Shown in pieces: positions 48,793-58,682 of a DNA stretch of 64,000 bases. A program made the translations under genes and the position numbers. Positions within the stretch are counted from its first letter, which is position 1, and the number at the start of each line of letters is the position of its first letter. Source of the stretch: Candidatus Poribacteria bacterium (GTDB taxonomy: Bacteria > Poribacteria > WGA-4E > WGA-3G); the NCBI GenBank assembly GCA_965205015.1, contig OZ242029.1:64001-128000 (forward strand), given 5' to 3'. The notes under the pieces were generated by a model. That model did no database searches, was not told the DNA's origin, and saw nothing but the letters and a program-made list of their open reading frames with translations.

Positions 48793-50010
48793 ATGATAAC
48801 ACTCAAAATCGCGTTTCGTAACACCTTCCGCCAAAAGCGACGGACAATCCTTACTGCCCTCGCAATGATTGTCGGTTTTACGCTCTTGTCGGTAACCATC
48901 GGCTTGTCTGATGGGGCGTATGGCGGTATTATCGAGATGTTCACACGAAATCGCACCGGGCATATCCAGGTACACCGAGAAGGGTATCTTGATAAGCCGT
49001 CGCTCTACGAAACGATTGATGGCTATGCTACTATTGGTGAAACGATTCAGGGGACTGCAGGCGTTGACGCGTGGACACCACGAGTGTACGCAGCTGGACT
49101 CGGCTCGGTCAGTGAAAAGAGTACGGCTGTCCAAATCGTTGGTATTGATGTGGCGCGGGAGATCCAAGCAACTCGATTTGACAAAAAAGTGATTGAAGGT
49201 AAGGCATTAGCCGAAACCGCTTCGCACGAAGCAGTGATTGGGAAAGGTTTGGCGAAGATTCTTTCTGCGAAGGTCGGTAGTGAGATTGTGATTTTTTCGC
49301 AGGGTGCCGACGGTTCGCTCGCGAATGACGTGTATAAGATCGTTGGCATCGCAGAGAGTGGGGACACCGTAACAGATCGAGTGGGATGTTATTTACACAT
49401 CGACGATGCACAGGAATTGTTTGTGCTCGAGGGGCGCGTCCACGAAATTGTTGTGATCGTCTCAAATATCAACCAGGTGGATAAAGTTAGGAACGCAATC
49501 GAAGCGAGTCTCAACGATTCGACGCTTGATGTCGCACCGTGGCAAGTGGTCGCGAAATCCTTCTATCGCGCCATGAAAGCCGATCAACAGGGAGACGCGA
49601 TTGCCCGCTGGGTGATTATGCTCATTGTGGCTATTGGGGTTCTGAATACGGTGCTGATGTCAGTGCTGGAGCGGACCCGTGAATACGGCGTGCTGAAGGC
49701 AGTCGGAACGAAACCCAGGCAAATTTTCTGGCTCGTCATCTGCGAAGTGATTATCATCGCTATCGGCAGTATCGCAGTCGGCATGCTCCTTGGGGTTTTC
49801 GCCAATTACTTGCTATCTATATACGGCATCACATATCCCGAGGCAATTACCTACGGTGGTATGACATTCAAGACGCTATATGCCGAAATCAATATCCGAT
49901 GTCTGATTGTTCCAGCCTTTACTGTGATGCTATCAGCGGCGGTCGTCAGTCTGTTTCCTGCGATAAAAGCCGCCCGAATCATGCCTGCACAGGCAATGCG
50001 GACACACTAA
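48793..50010 (+). CDS. ABC permease, MacB/FtsX (LolC/E-like)
   Basis: IAFRNTFRQKRRT and MSVLERTREYGVLKAVG. Confidence 0.9.
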   Translation: MITLKIAFRNTFRQKRRTILTALAMIVGFTLLSVTIGLSDGAYGGIIEMFTRNRTGHIQVHREGYLDKPSLYETIDGYATIGETIQGTAGVDAWTPRVYAAGLGSVSEKSTAVQIVGIDVAREIQATRFDKKVIEGKALAETASHEAVIGKGLAKILSAKVGSEIVIFSQGADGSLANDVYKIVGIAESGDTVTDRVGCYLHIDDAQELFVLEGRVHEIVVIVSNINQVDKVRNAIEASLNDSTLDVAPWQVVAKSFYRAMKADQQGDAIARWVIMLIVAIGVLNTVLMSVLERTREYGVLKAVGTKPRQIFWLVICEVIIIAIGSIAVGMLLGVFANYLLSIYGITYPEAITYGGMTFKTLYAEINIRCLIVPAFTVMLSAAVVSLFPAIKAARIMPAQAMRTH

Positions 50011-50157
50011 GACAGTTATCAGAAAGAGCACTTTCTTTTCTTGATAACCGATGACCCAATTGACACCAGAAACCAAGCCTGCAGGCGCAGGCGACTCGTG
50101 AGAAGGGCACGTCAAACTTTCAACCTACGCCGTTCCTCCGCAAGGTAAAATTAAAAC

Positions 50158-51381
50158 ATGATTTTAGTGAAACTCGCATGGAGAAATATCTTTCGGAATA
50201 AACGCCGCACCTTCATCGCCGCAACAGCGATCGGTATCGGTCTGACCGCCCTGATTTTTATCGATGCCTTCATGATAGGGATGGAAGAGACGATGATTCG
50301 GACAGCAACCGCTTCTTTCCTCGGCGATGCGCAGATCCATCGTGAAGGTTTTCGAGACGTGCAAGAGGTATCATTGACAGTTCAGGCACTGGATTCGGTG
50401 ACTGAAAATCTCGCGAAAGAAGAGATTGTTGAGCAGTTTACGCAACGGACACTTGCTTCGAGTATGATTACGTCCCCAGCGAATGTTAGCGCGATTAATC
50501 TCGTTGGGATTCATCCACTAACAGAAAAATTCTTGTCTCTCATTGATGATGCAATAACGGAAGGCGTCTATTTTGAAGGCGATAACAGTCGCGACATTGT
50601 TATCGGTGCGAAACTCGCTGAAATCTTAGAAATAGAACTTGCGGACCGCGTGGTCGTGACGGTAGCACAAGCGGGAACCGGAGAACTTTCCCAAGAGATG
50701 TTCCGCATTTCGGGTATCTATCACTTTGCCGACGAAGCGATGAACAGTGGTATGGCGTTCGTCCGGATCGAAAAGGCACAAGAGATGCTTGCTATCGGTA
50801 AGGATGTCCACGAAATCGCGATTAAATTTACTTCCATCGCCTACTCTCAGGATACAGCACTCTCCTTTTGGGATACCTATTCCCAGCACGGCAACGAAGC
50901 CTTAAGCTGGACAGAACTGATGTCGCAATTGACCGTCGTGTTAGAAATGACAAAATACAGTAAATACATCATGGGCGTTATACTGTTTGGAGTGGTTGTC
51001 TTTGGAATTATCAACACACTTTTCATGTCGTTGTATGAACGGATGTTTGAGTTTGGTGTGTTACGCGCCGTCGGAACCCGTCCCTTCGGAATGGCGCGTG
51101 TCATCTTATTCGAGGCAGGTGCTTTGGCAATCGTGAGTATCGGGCTGGGAGCAATCCTCGGCTTTGTTCTGACAGCAGCCCTCGCACATGTCGGTATTGA
51201 CTATACCGGCATTGAAATGATGGGCGTGACAATGCAGGAGTTCATCTATCCGGTCCTGGAGGTTCAACAGTTCATCATTTATCCTATATGGGTTTTTATT
51301 TTTACTATCATCGCCGGACTATATCCGGCTCGACACGTAGCGAAAATGGCGCCTGTAGACGCAATGCGGCGGAGTTTTTAA
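50158..51381 (+). CDS. ABC permease, MacB/FtsX (LolC/E-like)
   Basis: LAWRNIFRNKRRT and MSLYERMFEFGVLRAVG. Confidence 0.9.
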   Translation: MILVKLAWRNIFRNKRRTFIAATAIGIGLTALIFIDAFMIGMEETMIRTATASFLGDAQIHREGFRDVQEVSLTVQALDSVTENLAKEEIVEQFTQRTLASSMITSPANVSAINLVGIHPLTEKFLSLIDDAITEGVYFEGDNSRDIVIGAKLAEILEIELADRVVVTVAQAGTGELSQEMFRISGIYHFADEAMNSGMAFVRIEKAQEMLAIGKDVHEIAIKFTSIAYSQDTALSFWDTYSQHGNEALSWTELMSQLTVVLEMTKYSKYIMGVILFGVVVFGIINTLFMSLYERMFEFGVLRAVGTRPFGMARVILFEAGALAIVSIGLGAILGFVLTAALAHVGIDYTGIEMMGVTMQEFIYPVLEVQQFIIYPIWVFIFTIIAGLYPARHVAKMAPVDAMRRSF

Positions 51382-52086
51382 ATGGAACAGACACAAAAGA
51401 TAGATGTTATCGTCACAGAAGGTGTGACAAAGGTGTATGCAGCCGATGGAATCCCCGTCAATGCTCTTAACGGGATCGATTTAACCATCCAATCGGGAGA
51501 ATTTACGGCACTGGTGGGTCCCTCGGGTTCGGGCAAAACAACCTTTCTCAACATCATTTCTGGGTTAGACAGTCCGACAGAAGGAAAAGTATGGCTTGCC
51601 AGCAAAGTGCTATCAGAGATGAGCGGCAACGAACTCTCCGACTTCCGACGGGATAATATCGGGTTCATCTTTCAGGCTTACAACCTGATTCCTGTGCTGT
51701 CGGTTGAAGAAAACGTTGAGTACATCATGCTCTTAGCAGGCGTACCGAAATCAGAGCGGCACGAGCGGGTTATAGCAATGCTTAAGGCAGTCGGGTTAGA
51801 GGGTGTAGCAAACCGACAACCCACCCAACTTTCAGGTGGACAGCAGCAACGCGTCGCTATTGCGCGCGCTATGGTTTCCGAACCCGCAATTATTCTTGCT
51901 GACGAACCGACGGCGAACCTCGACTCGAAAACAGGTGCCGATCTCCTTGAGATGATGCAGCGCCTTAACGCCGAAACCGGCATGACGTTCATCTTTTCAA
52001 CCCACGATCCGATGGTGATGGAGAGTGCCCAACGTCTGATTACGCTTCGCGACGGGCAAATAGACAGTGATGAGACGAAGCAATAG
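51382..52086 (+). CDS. ABC ATP-binding protein (LolD-like)
   Basis: GPSGSGKT, LSGGQQQRVAIARA and ADEPTANLD. Confidence 0.93.
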   Translation: MEQTQKIDVIVTEGVTKVYAADGIPVNALNGIDLTIQSGEFTALVGPSGSGKTTFLNIISGLDSPTEGKVWLASKVLSEMSGNELSDFRRDNIGFIFQAYNLIPVLSVEENVEYIMLLAGVPKSERHERVIAMLKAVGLEGVANRQPTQLSGGQQQRVAIARAMVSEPAIILADEPTANLDSKTGADLLEMMQRLNAETGMTFIFSTHDPMVMESAQRLITLRDGQIDSDETKQ

Positions 52087-53335
52087 TTGTCAGTTCTCAG
52101 TTATCAGCCGTCAGTTAAGAGGAATTGTGGTGCTTGCCATCTGTTTGATGACGACGTCAATTGTAGGAATCGCCAATGCTGAACTCAAAATCGGTGGCTA
52201 CTACAAAAACTTTTCCACGGTGTTCAACTCACCGCTTCCAGACGCATCAATGATGGGAGTCGTGGTCAACCGACTGCGTATCAACCTCTCTCACGCACCA
52301 ACAGATTCACTTTCTTATGACCTCGCCTACGACTTTACGCCGCGGGTTCAAGACCCTTTACTCTTTTCCCAGTCTCCGATCGCCGTTGGTATCGCTTCGT
52401 CCCGTTATCGGGTTGCGGACTTCGGCTCACCGATTTACCCCAGAACAGATGAACCCGTCGGCAGTGTCGGCATCTACCATAACCTCGATCGCGCTGCGGT
52501 TCAGTTCAGCACAGATTTTGCGGATTTCTCCATCGGTCGAGACGCAATCGCATGGGGGAGCGCACGGATCATAAACCCAACCGACATCATCGCCCCTTAC
52601 ACCTACGATCAACTGGATACGGAAGACCGTGTGGGTGTAGATACAATCCGGGTTCGTATTCCCATAGGGGTTATGGGGGAAGTAGATACGGGATACATTT
52701 TCGGGGACACATTCAATTTTGATAAAAGTGCGGTCTTTCTCCGAACACAATTGAACGCTGTAGAAACAGACTTCTCAATTCTATTATTGGAATTTCAAAG
52801 GGATCTGCTTGTCGGCTTTGATATAGCACGCGGTATAGGGGGTGCGGGATTTTGGTTGGAAACGGCTTATGTATTCACCGAACCGTTCAATGGCAACGCC
52901 GATACCTTGAATAATTATCTACGCACCTCCATCGGTTTCGACTATAGTTTCGGTGGAGAGACATACGCATTCATCGAATACCATTTTAACGGAGCAGGTA
53001 CGCAGAACCCCGAAAATTTCCTTACCAATTTAGAGAAGTCCGCCTATACGCGTGGTGGGGTTTATTTGCTGGGAGTCCATTATCTCGCGCCTGGTGTCAC
53101 CCATCAACTCACGCCACTCATCAGTCTCAGCGGTCAAATGTTGTTCAACCTATCTGACCCATCAACTTGGATCGCGCCACAGATCGCATACAACGTCGCA
53201 GAGGATATTCATCTCGCTGTCGGCGGTTTCATTAGCCTCGGAAAGCGACCAAAAAACGGCGATTCTACGCAATTGCAATCGGAATTTGGCAGTTATCCCA
53301 ATCTCTTCTTCTCCTCATTCCGCGTCTACTTCTGA
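52067..53335 (+). CDS. Putative outer-membrane beta-barrel protein
   Basis: Signal-like N-terminus, alternating beta-strand pattern, C-terminal VYF; start uncertain. Confidence 0.65.
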   Translation: MMRRSNSCQFSVISRQLRGIVVLAICLMTTSIVGIANAELKIGGYYKNFSTVFNSPLPDASMMGVVVNRLRINLSHAPTDSLSYDLAYDFTPRVQDPLLFSQSPIAVGIASSRYRVADFGSPIYPRTDEPVGSVGIYHNLDRAAVQFSTDFADFSIGRDAIAWGSARIINPTDIIAPYTYDQLDTEDRVGVDTIRVRIPIGVMGEVDTGYIFGDTFNFDKSAVFLRTQLNAVETDFSILLLEFQRDLLVGFDIARGIGGAGFWLETAYVFTEPFNGNADTLNNYLRTSIGFDYSFGGETYAFIEYHFNGAGTQNPENFLTNLEKSAYTRGGVYLLGVHYLAPGVTHQLTPLISLSGQMLFNLSDPSTWIAPQIAYNVAEDIHLAVGGFISLGKRPKNGDSTQLQSEFGSYPNLFFSSFRVYF

Positions 53336-53381
53336 TAGTCTCAATCGTAAACCGAAATTGTGCCTCGGAGGAAACGAACCC

Positions 53382-54212
53382 ATGAAGAAAAAACAGATAT
53401 TTTTGATCGGTATACTCGGTATCTTAGCTCTGTGCGTAGGGCTCTTCTATTGGTATACGCAACGTCAAGCCACCTACGCAAAAACACGAGAACTCTTCGC
53501 GCCTATTTACGAATATTCAGGAAGGCTCACCCCAGAGGAACAAAAACGCTTTTCTGAACTTGTCCATTCAATAGAGCTCAAAACTGTCGAGGGAAAAGGA
53601 TACGCGCTGCCCAAACGCGAAAGCCTTCAATTGCAAGCGTATAGTATGACGTTGTACCGAAACACCCCTGAACTCTTCTTCAGGGGCCCTACCGATGTTG
53701 ATGTCGAGCCATATATACGGTATTTCAGTATCCTCACACTGATTGCCAAAACCAAGTTAGCAGATTTGCCAGCCGGTAGCAGAAAATCTATAATATCGCA
53801 TCTTGACGCACTCGAAAAACGTCTCACCAAAAACAGCGTTGAGATATATCTTCAAGAAGTCCAAGACCTTCCGTTTCGTCCGAGACAAAAAGCCCCAACG
53901 ATGCGATTTGGTGTCGCGTCCGGTCCTGGAAGGGTTGGCGGTGACCACTGGATCTTTGAGGCGGATGGTTCATTCACATGGCCCGAAGGCGCGAAACGCG
54001 GGGTCGTTCAGATTGTTGACCATTACGGAAACGAATATGCCGTCGACTTGGATGCCCCAGTTGATATGGAAATAACAGAGGATACGTCCGAATTGTATGC
54101 AGAGATCGACCGACTTTTTGAGAAACTGACAGACGCAGCGTTTCAAAGACTCTCAACGCTCAAGAAGAAAGATCTGTCGGTAGAGATTGAAAAGTTGTTT
54201 TCATCGGAATAG
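53382..54212 (+). CDS. hypothetical membrane-anchored protein
   Basis: Start moved to MKKKQIF after GGAGG; single N-terminal TM. Confidence 0.6.
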   Translation: MKKKQIFLIGILGILALCVGLFYWYTQRQATYAKTRELFAPIYEYSGRLTPEEQKRFSELVHSIELKTVEGKGYALPKRESLQLQAYSMTLYRNTPELFFRGPTDVDVEPYIRYFSILTLIAKTKLADLPAGSRKSIISHLDALEKRLTKNSVEIYLQEVQDLPFRPRQKAPTMRFGVASGPGRVGGDHWIFEADGSFTWPEGAKRGVVQIVDHYGNEYAVDLDAPVDMEITEDTSELYAEIDRLFEKLTDAAFQRLSTLKKKDLSVEIEKLFSSE

Positions 54213-54220
54213 ATGGATTA

Positions 54221-55285
54221 TCATTTAAAGACCACGACTAACTTCCGGTATGCCGTGCGCTGTGAACCCATCCTCGCACGAATTAGAAGAAAATAACGTC
54301 CGTTGCGGACGAGCCTCCCATCATCTGTCAATCCATCCCACTGTGCAATGTGAGGACCGATATAGTGAGGCGCGTTCTCAAGCAGTCGCCGAACCCGTCT
54401 GCTCCGAAGATCGAAGATATCTATCGTTACAAACGCTTGCATCGCCTCCGGTGCGTTGAGTTGATACGCTATGGTTAGCCGATTCCTGTCCGGTGCGAAA
54501 AATACACGCGGCGAAAGTTTGACGTTCTGGATCTGTAGTCGATCAGTGCGTTCCAAATCTGTAGGAGTCGGCACCATCAATGTATAGATACCGAAGTGGT
54601 TAATAGCGGCGGTTACACTCCCCTGAATAGTGTTCACGCGACTTCGCAAGGGTACCCACTGTTTCCCAAACGCCTCCCAAAAATAAAGGCGTGGCTCTGT
54701 ATCTGGAAACACATCACCTTCAAAGCGAAATGTCAGCTGCGCCGGCCGTTTCAAGACAAGCCGTGTCGGTGAGATCTGAACGACACGGATGAACTGCCGG
54801 GCTGTCGGCGGTAATCCCGGCGATGCCACGATTTCTATCCCAATGTGTCGTTCAATCGCAAGTGCACCGTCGGGCAGCGTGATTTCCACACCCGCAGGAC
54901 TTTTAAGTGTCCCACCACGGCTTCCGATAGGACTCATTGCCGGAACGACGTTTAACCTGACGCGCCGTTCCACCCCGTTCACACGGCAAATCAGATCGCC
55001 CATCCCTACAAAAACAGCCGTTAGCGTGGGTTGATTCCCTGTCGTAATTCGACCTAAATTCCCGGCGAGAAACCACTGTGCTGCAAGCACGTCCTCATCC
55101 GCAGAGACGGCTTGAAGTCGGTACCGCTTTCCAGAAATTAGTTCATAGGGTTGCATGACTTCTACTTGACCGTCAAACACCCGAATCTCAAAGAGGTCCT
55201 CAACCGCCGTAACGTCTGAAGAGTACCACATCATCAGCACAATCAATATAAAATATATTGGTGTTGGGTGGAAGGGAGTTCGCAT
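54221..55285 (-). CDS. Secreted protein with ZU5-like and FlgD-type Ig domains
   Basis: GGTLKSPAGVEITLPDGAL...INHFGIY and WDGLTDDGRLVRNGRYF; start moved to 55285. Confidence 0.7.
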   Translation of the reverse strand: MRTPFHPTPIYFILIVLMMWYSSDVTAVEDLFEIRVFDGQVEVMQPYELISGKRYRLQAVSADEDVLAAQWFLAGNLGRITTGNQPTLTAVFVGMGDLICRVNGVERRVRLNVVPAMSPIGSRGGTLKSPAGVEITLPDGALAIERHIGIEIVASPGLPPTARQFIRVVQISPTRLVLKRPAQLTFRFEGDVFPDTEPRLYFWEAFGKQWVPLRSRVNTIQGSVTAAINHFGIYTLMVPTPTDLERTDRLQIQNVKLSPRVFFAPDRNRLTIAYQLNAPEAMQAFVTIDIFDLRSRRVRRLLENAPHYIGPHIAQWDGLTDDGRLVRNGRYFLLIRARMGSQRTAYRKLVVVFK

Positions 55286-55343
55286 ACTCACATCGTAGCA
55301 TACATCCGATTTGCATTGCAAGCCATCTTGTGCTACACTGCAA

Positions 55344-55427
55344 AGTAGTAGGCACGCTCCGCCGTGCCGTACACAGATGACAAAACCCAGAAAGCGCAAA
55401 CGGCAGAACGGAGTCTGCCTGCTACTA
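55344..55427. repeat. Inverted pair of GTAG-type REP elements
   Basis: AGTAGTAGGCACGCTCCG...CGGAGTCTGCCTGCTACT; single related copies near 30968-30993 and 41674-41698. Confidence 0.7.
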
Positions 55428-55441
55428 TGTCCTGATATATT

Positions 55442-57514
55442 ATGGGGAAACACGCTTTAACGTCAAAAACACCTGATGGCACAGCTCTCATCAAGACCGA
55501 TCCTTTGCTAAAGCCGTATGCGGCGCAGCTGCGTGAGCGGTTCGCACACTATCAACGTTTCAAAGCAGCCATCGAGAAAACCGGCGGCATCTTAGGCGAA
55601 ATAAGCCAAGGACACCAATATTTCGGTTTCAATCGCGGAGAAAAGGACGGTGAGACCGGGGTCTGGTATCGCGAATGGGCACCGGGTGCACACGCCCTTG
55701 CCCTTATCGGCGACTTTAACGGCTGGGATCGCGGGGCACATCCGATGTCCGTCGATGATTATGGCGTATGGCATCTCTTCTTGCCCGATAGAGACTACGC
55801 CGATCGACTCACACACGGCAGCCGAGTCAAAGTACATGTCGTATCAGAACTCGGTGGACTCGACCGGATCCCTGCTTATGTGCAGCGTGTTGTGCAGGAA
55901 GGGAATGCCGACTTCACCGGACAGTATTGGGCATCACCATCCCTGTATCAGTGGAGACATGACGTCCCTCGTTCCAATGCGCACATCGAGGGTAATCTGC
56001 GGATCTATGAGGCACACGTCGGTATGGCGCAGGAAGCGGAAAAGGTCGGAACGTTCGTTGAGTTCACGCAAAACGTGCTACCCCGAATCGCTGATCTGGG
56101 CTATAACGCCGTGCAACTGATGGCGGTCATGGAACATCCCTATTACGCAAGCTTCGGGTACCACGTGAGCAATTTTTTCGCCGTTTCAAGTCGCTTCGGG
56201 ACACCGGAAGAACTCAAAGCACTTATCGATACCGCACACGGTATGGGTCTACGGGTTATCATGGATCTGGTCCATAGCCATGCCGTCAAAAATCTGAACG
56301 AAGGATTGAACCGTTTTGACGGCACGGCACACCACTATTTTCACGCCGGTGAGAAAGGTGAACATACTGCATGGGATTCGCGCTGTTTCGATTACAGTAA
56401 ATACGAAGTGCAACGCTTTCTCCTGAGCAACATCCGCTACTGGCTGGAGACGTATCGGTTCGATGGATTCAGATTCGACGGCATCACAAGCATGCTCTAT
56501 AGCGATCACGGGTTAGATCGGGAATTCGAAGGCTACGCCGATTATTTCGGGGCTGACGTTGAACTCGACGCGATTGCCTACCTGATGTTGGCAAACGAGG
56601 TCGTTCACGCCGTCAATCCTACCGCAATTTCAATTGCTGAAGATATGAGTGGCATGCCCGGTCTCGCGCGCCCCACCGAGGAAGGTGGACTCGGCTTCGA
56701 TTACCGGCTCGCAATGGGCATCCCAGACTACTGGATACGGTTGTTGAAAGAGAAAGAGGATGAAGACTGGCATATCGGCGAGATTTACGGCATGTTGCGG
56801 AACCGTCGGACCGGCGAGAAACACATCGCTTATGTCGAGAGCCACGACCAAGCCATCGTTGGGGATAAGACACTCGCTATGCAACTCATGGACGCCGAAC
56901 TTTACACGCACATGAGCATGTTCGCAACAAGCCATCGCATTGCTCGCGGTATCGCGCTCCACAAACTCATCCGACTGCTGACCTTCAGTTTAGGGGGCGA
57001 GGGGTATCTCAACTTCATGGGGAACGAGTTCGGGCACCCGGACTGGATCGACTTCCCGCGCGAGGGAAACAATAACTCTTACCGGTATGCACGCCGACAA
57101 TGGTATCTCGTCGACGATGACACGCTTCGCTACAAACACCTCAACGCTTTCGATCGCGCCATGCAACATCTTGATGCAACCCACCCTCTGCTTTCCGATG
57201 AAGACATCCATCTTTTATCTATTGACGAAGACATGAAACAGATCGTCTATGAACGGGGTGGCCTCGTCTTCGCCTTCAACTTCCATCCGACCGCATCCGT
57301 CCCAGACTGGCGCATCCCCGTCCCCGAGAAAAAGGATTATCGCCTTATTCTCAATACCGATGATACCCCTTACAGTGGCTATGGTGCCGTAGAGGGCGTG
57401 CATTACCCATGGCAAGATGTCGCCATGGAGGGGCACACACAATCCATCCAACTGTATGTCCCTGCCCGGAGTGCACAGGTATTAGCGGCTGAAAAAAGTC
57501 AAATTCATAGATAG
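55442..57514 (+). CDS. glgB: 1,4-alpha-glucan branching enzyme (GH13, eukaryote/Bacteroidota-like type)
   Basis: YREWAPGA, IYEAHVGM, YYASFGYHV, GFRFDGITSMLY, ESHDQAIVGDKT and YLNFMGNEFGHP. Confidence 0.92.
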   Translation: MGKHALTSKTPDGTALIKTDPLLKPYAAQLRERFAHYQRFKAAIEKTGGILGEISQGHQYFGFNRGEKDGETGVWYREWAPGAHALALIGDFNGWDRGAHPMSVDDYGVWHLFLPDRDYADRLTHGSRVKVHVVSELGGLDRIPAYVQRVVQEGNADFTGQYWASPSLYQWRHDVPRSNAHIEGNLRIYEAHVGMAQEAEKVGTFVEFTQNVLPRIADLGYNAVQLMAVMEHPYYASFGYHVSNFFAVSSRFGTPEELKALIDTAHGMGLRVIMDLVHSHAVKNLNEGLNRFDGTAHHYFHAGEKGEHTAWDSRCFDYSKYEVQRFLLSNIRYWLETYRFDGFRFDGITSMLYSDHGLDREFEGYADYFGADVELDAIAYLMLANEVVHAVNPTAISIAEDMSGMPGLARPTEEGGLGFDYRLAMGIPDYWIRLLKEKEDEDWHIGEIYGMLRNRRTGEKHIAYVESHDQAIVGDKTLAMQLMDAELYTHMSMFATSHRIARGIALHKLIRLLTFSLGGEGYLNFMGNEFGHPDWIDFPREGNNNSYRYARRQWYLVDDDTLRYKHLNAFDRAMQHLDATHPLLSDEDIHLLSIDEDMKQIVYERGGLVFAFNFHPTASVPDWRIPVPEKKDYRLILNTDDTPYSGYGAVEGVHYPWQDVAMEGHTQSIQLYVPARSAQVLAAEKSQIHR

Positions 57515-57522
57515 TATTTGTT

Positions 57523-57551
57523 TTGACAATTAGATCTGTATGTGATATAAT
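57523..57551 (+). promoter_or_regulatory. Consensus sigma70 promoter of PIN TA pair
   Basis: TTGACA-17 nt-TATAAT. Confidence 0.75.
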
Positions 57552-57569
57552 AACCATAAGTTATAAACA

Positions 57570-58046
57570 ATGCAGAAACGTATCTATATTGAAACCACAA
57601 TTCCCAGTTCTTACTATACGTTGCGAACCGATGAGGTGTCACTCGCCAGACAGAAATTGACTCGGCAATGGTGGGCTGAATATGCGGAACTGTCTACCCT
57701 TACTTCAAGTACTGCTGTAATTGATGAACTCGAGGAAGGCAGCAGGGAAGTAACATTAGATCGGCTTGCTTTACTTGATGGTATTGAGATACTTGATCCT
57801 ACAGTTGAGATTGTGCATATCGCACAAATTTATATGGAAAAATTGATAATGCCGCAGGAACCACAAGGAGATGCATTTCATTTAGCAATTGCTTCGTTTT
57901 ATAGAGTTGATATACTACTTACATGGAATTGTACACATCTTGCGAATCCGAACAAATTTGATTTTATCACACGTATTAACCGAGAATTGGGATTAACTAC
58001 ACCAGAATTAAAAACACCGCAGGACTACTTAGGAGGGATCGCATAA
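57570..58046 (+). CDS. PIN-domain (VapC-like) toxin
   Basis: IYIETTIPS, DAFHLAIA and LLTWNCTHLAN. Confidence 0.88.
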   Translation: MQKRIYIETTIPSSYYTLRTDEVSLARQKLTRQWWAEYAELSTLTSSTAVIDELEEGSREVTLDRLALLDGIEILDPTVEIVHIAQIYMEKLIMPQEPQGDAFHLAIASFYRVDILLTWNCTHLANPNKFDFITRINRELGLTTPELKTPQDYLGGIA

Positions 58047-58047
58047 A

Positions 58048-58284
58048 ATGGATAAGAAAATTGATCTTTGCAGTCCAGAAATGAATGAAGTCGTTAAGGA
58101 AGTTCGCGAAATGCGGATGAAAATTTCAGAAGAATGTGGACATGATCTTTATCGATTACTCGCTCATTACCAAGAGGTAGGGAAAAGATTGAGGAAAACA
58201 GGTAAGTATAAGTTTGTCAATCCGGAACCGCCTGCTGAGAAGCCCGCGTCTACAAAATCGACTCGTGATGAAGCTGCAGATTAA
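58048..58284 (+). CDS. Small putative antitoxin
   Basis: EVVKEVREMRMKISEECGHDL pattern; immediately follows the PIN gene; GGAGG RBS. Confidence 0.7.
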   Translation: MDKKIDLCSPEMNEVVKEVREMRMKISEECGHDLYRLLAHYQEVGKRLRKTGKYKFVNPEPPAEKPASTKSTRDEAAD

Positions 58285-58440
58285 GGTATAACACCATCCT
58301 CTGATAACATCTTTGCCCGAATACGTGCCATATGGACGGTGTTTTCCCCTCAGGAAAAATAGGGACAGCCAACCGTGACCTCTGCCGCTACGGCATGTCT
58401 ATGTTGGGTTGCTAAAGCCAGACACTTTAGCTTTTTTTAT

Positions 58441-58567
58441 TTATAGTAGAGTCAATAATTACTTGGGCACCCCGATTGTAGCGCAAACTGTTAGTTTGCG
58501 TGCCTCCCCTGCACAAACTGGACAGTTTGTGCTACGAATGTTCACTTATTTTTGGGTTTTACTATAA
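58441..58567. mobile_element. MITE-like element with imperfect TATAGTA terminal repeats carrying an inverted REP pair
   Basis: TTATAGTAGAGTCAATAAT ... ATTTTTGGGTTTTACTATAA; internal GTAGCGCAAACTGTTAGTTTGCG and GCACAAACTGGACAGTTTGTGCTAC. Confidence 0.6.
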
Positions 58568-58682
58568 AATTTCTCGGTAGGTGCGGTTTTGCGGCGTACT
58601 CGCCCCGGTGAATGCCACACGGCATTCATACCGTTGATTCATGCGATCTGCATTCTAACCGCACCTCTTAAAAGCACCGTCA

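Noticed and set aside
53052-53381. Long N-terminal extension of ORF 53052-54212
   Set aside because: Out-of-frame overlap with the upstream gene; better start with RBS at 53382.
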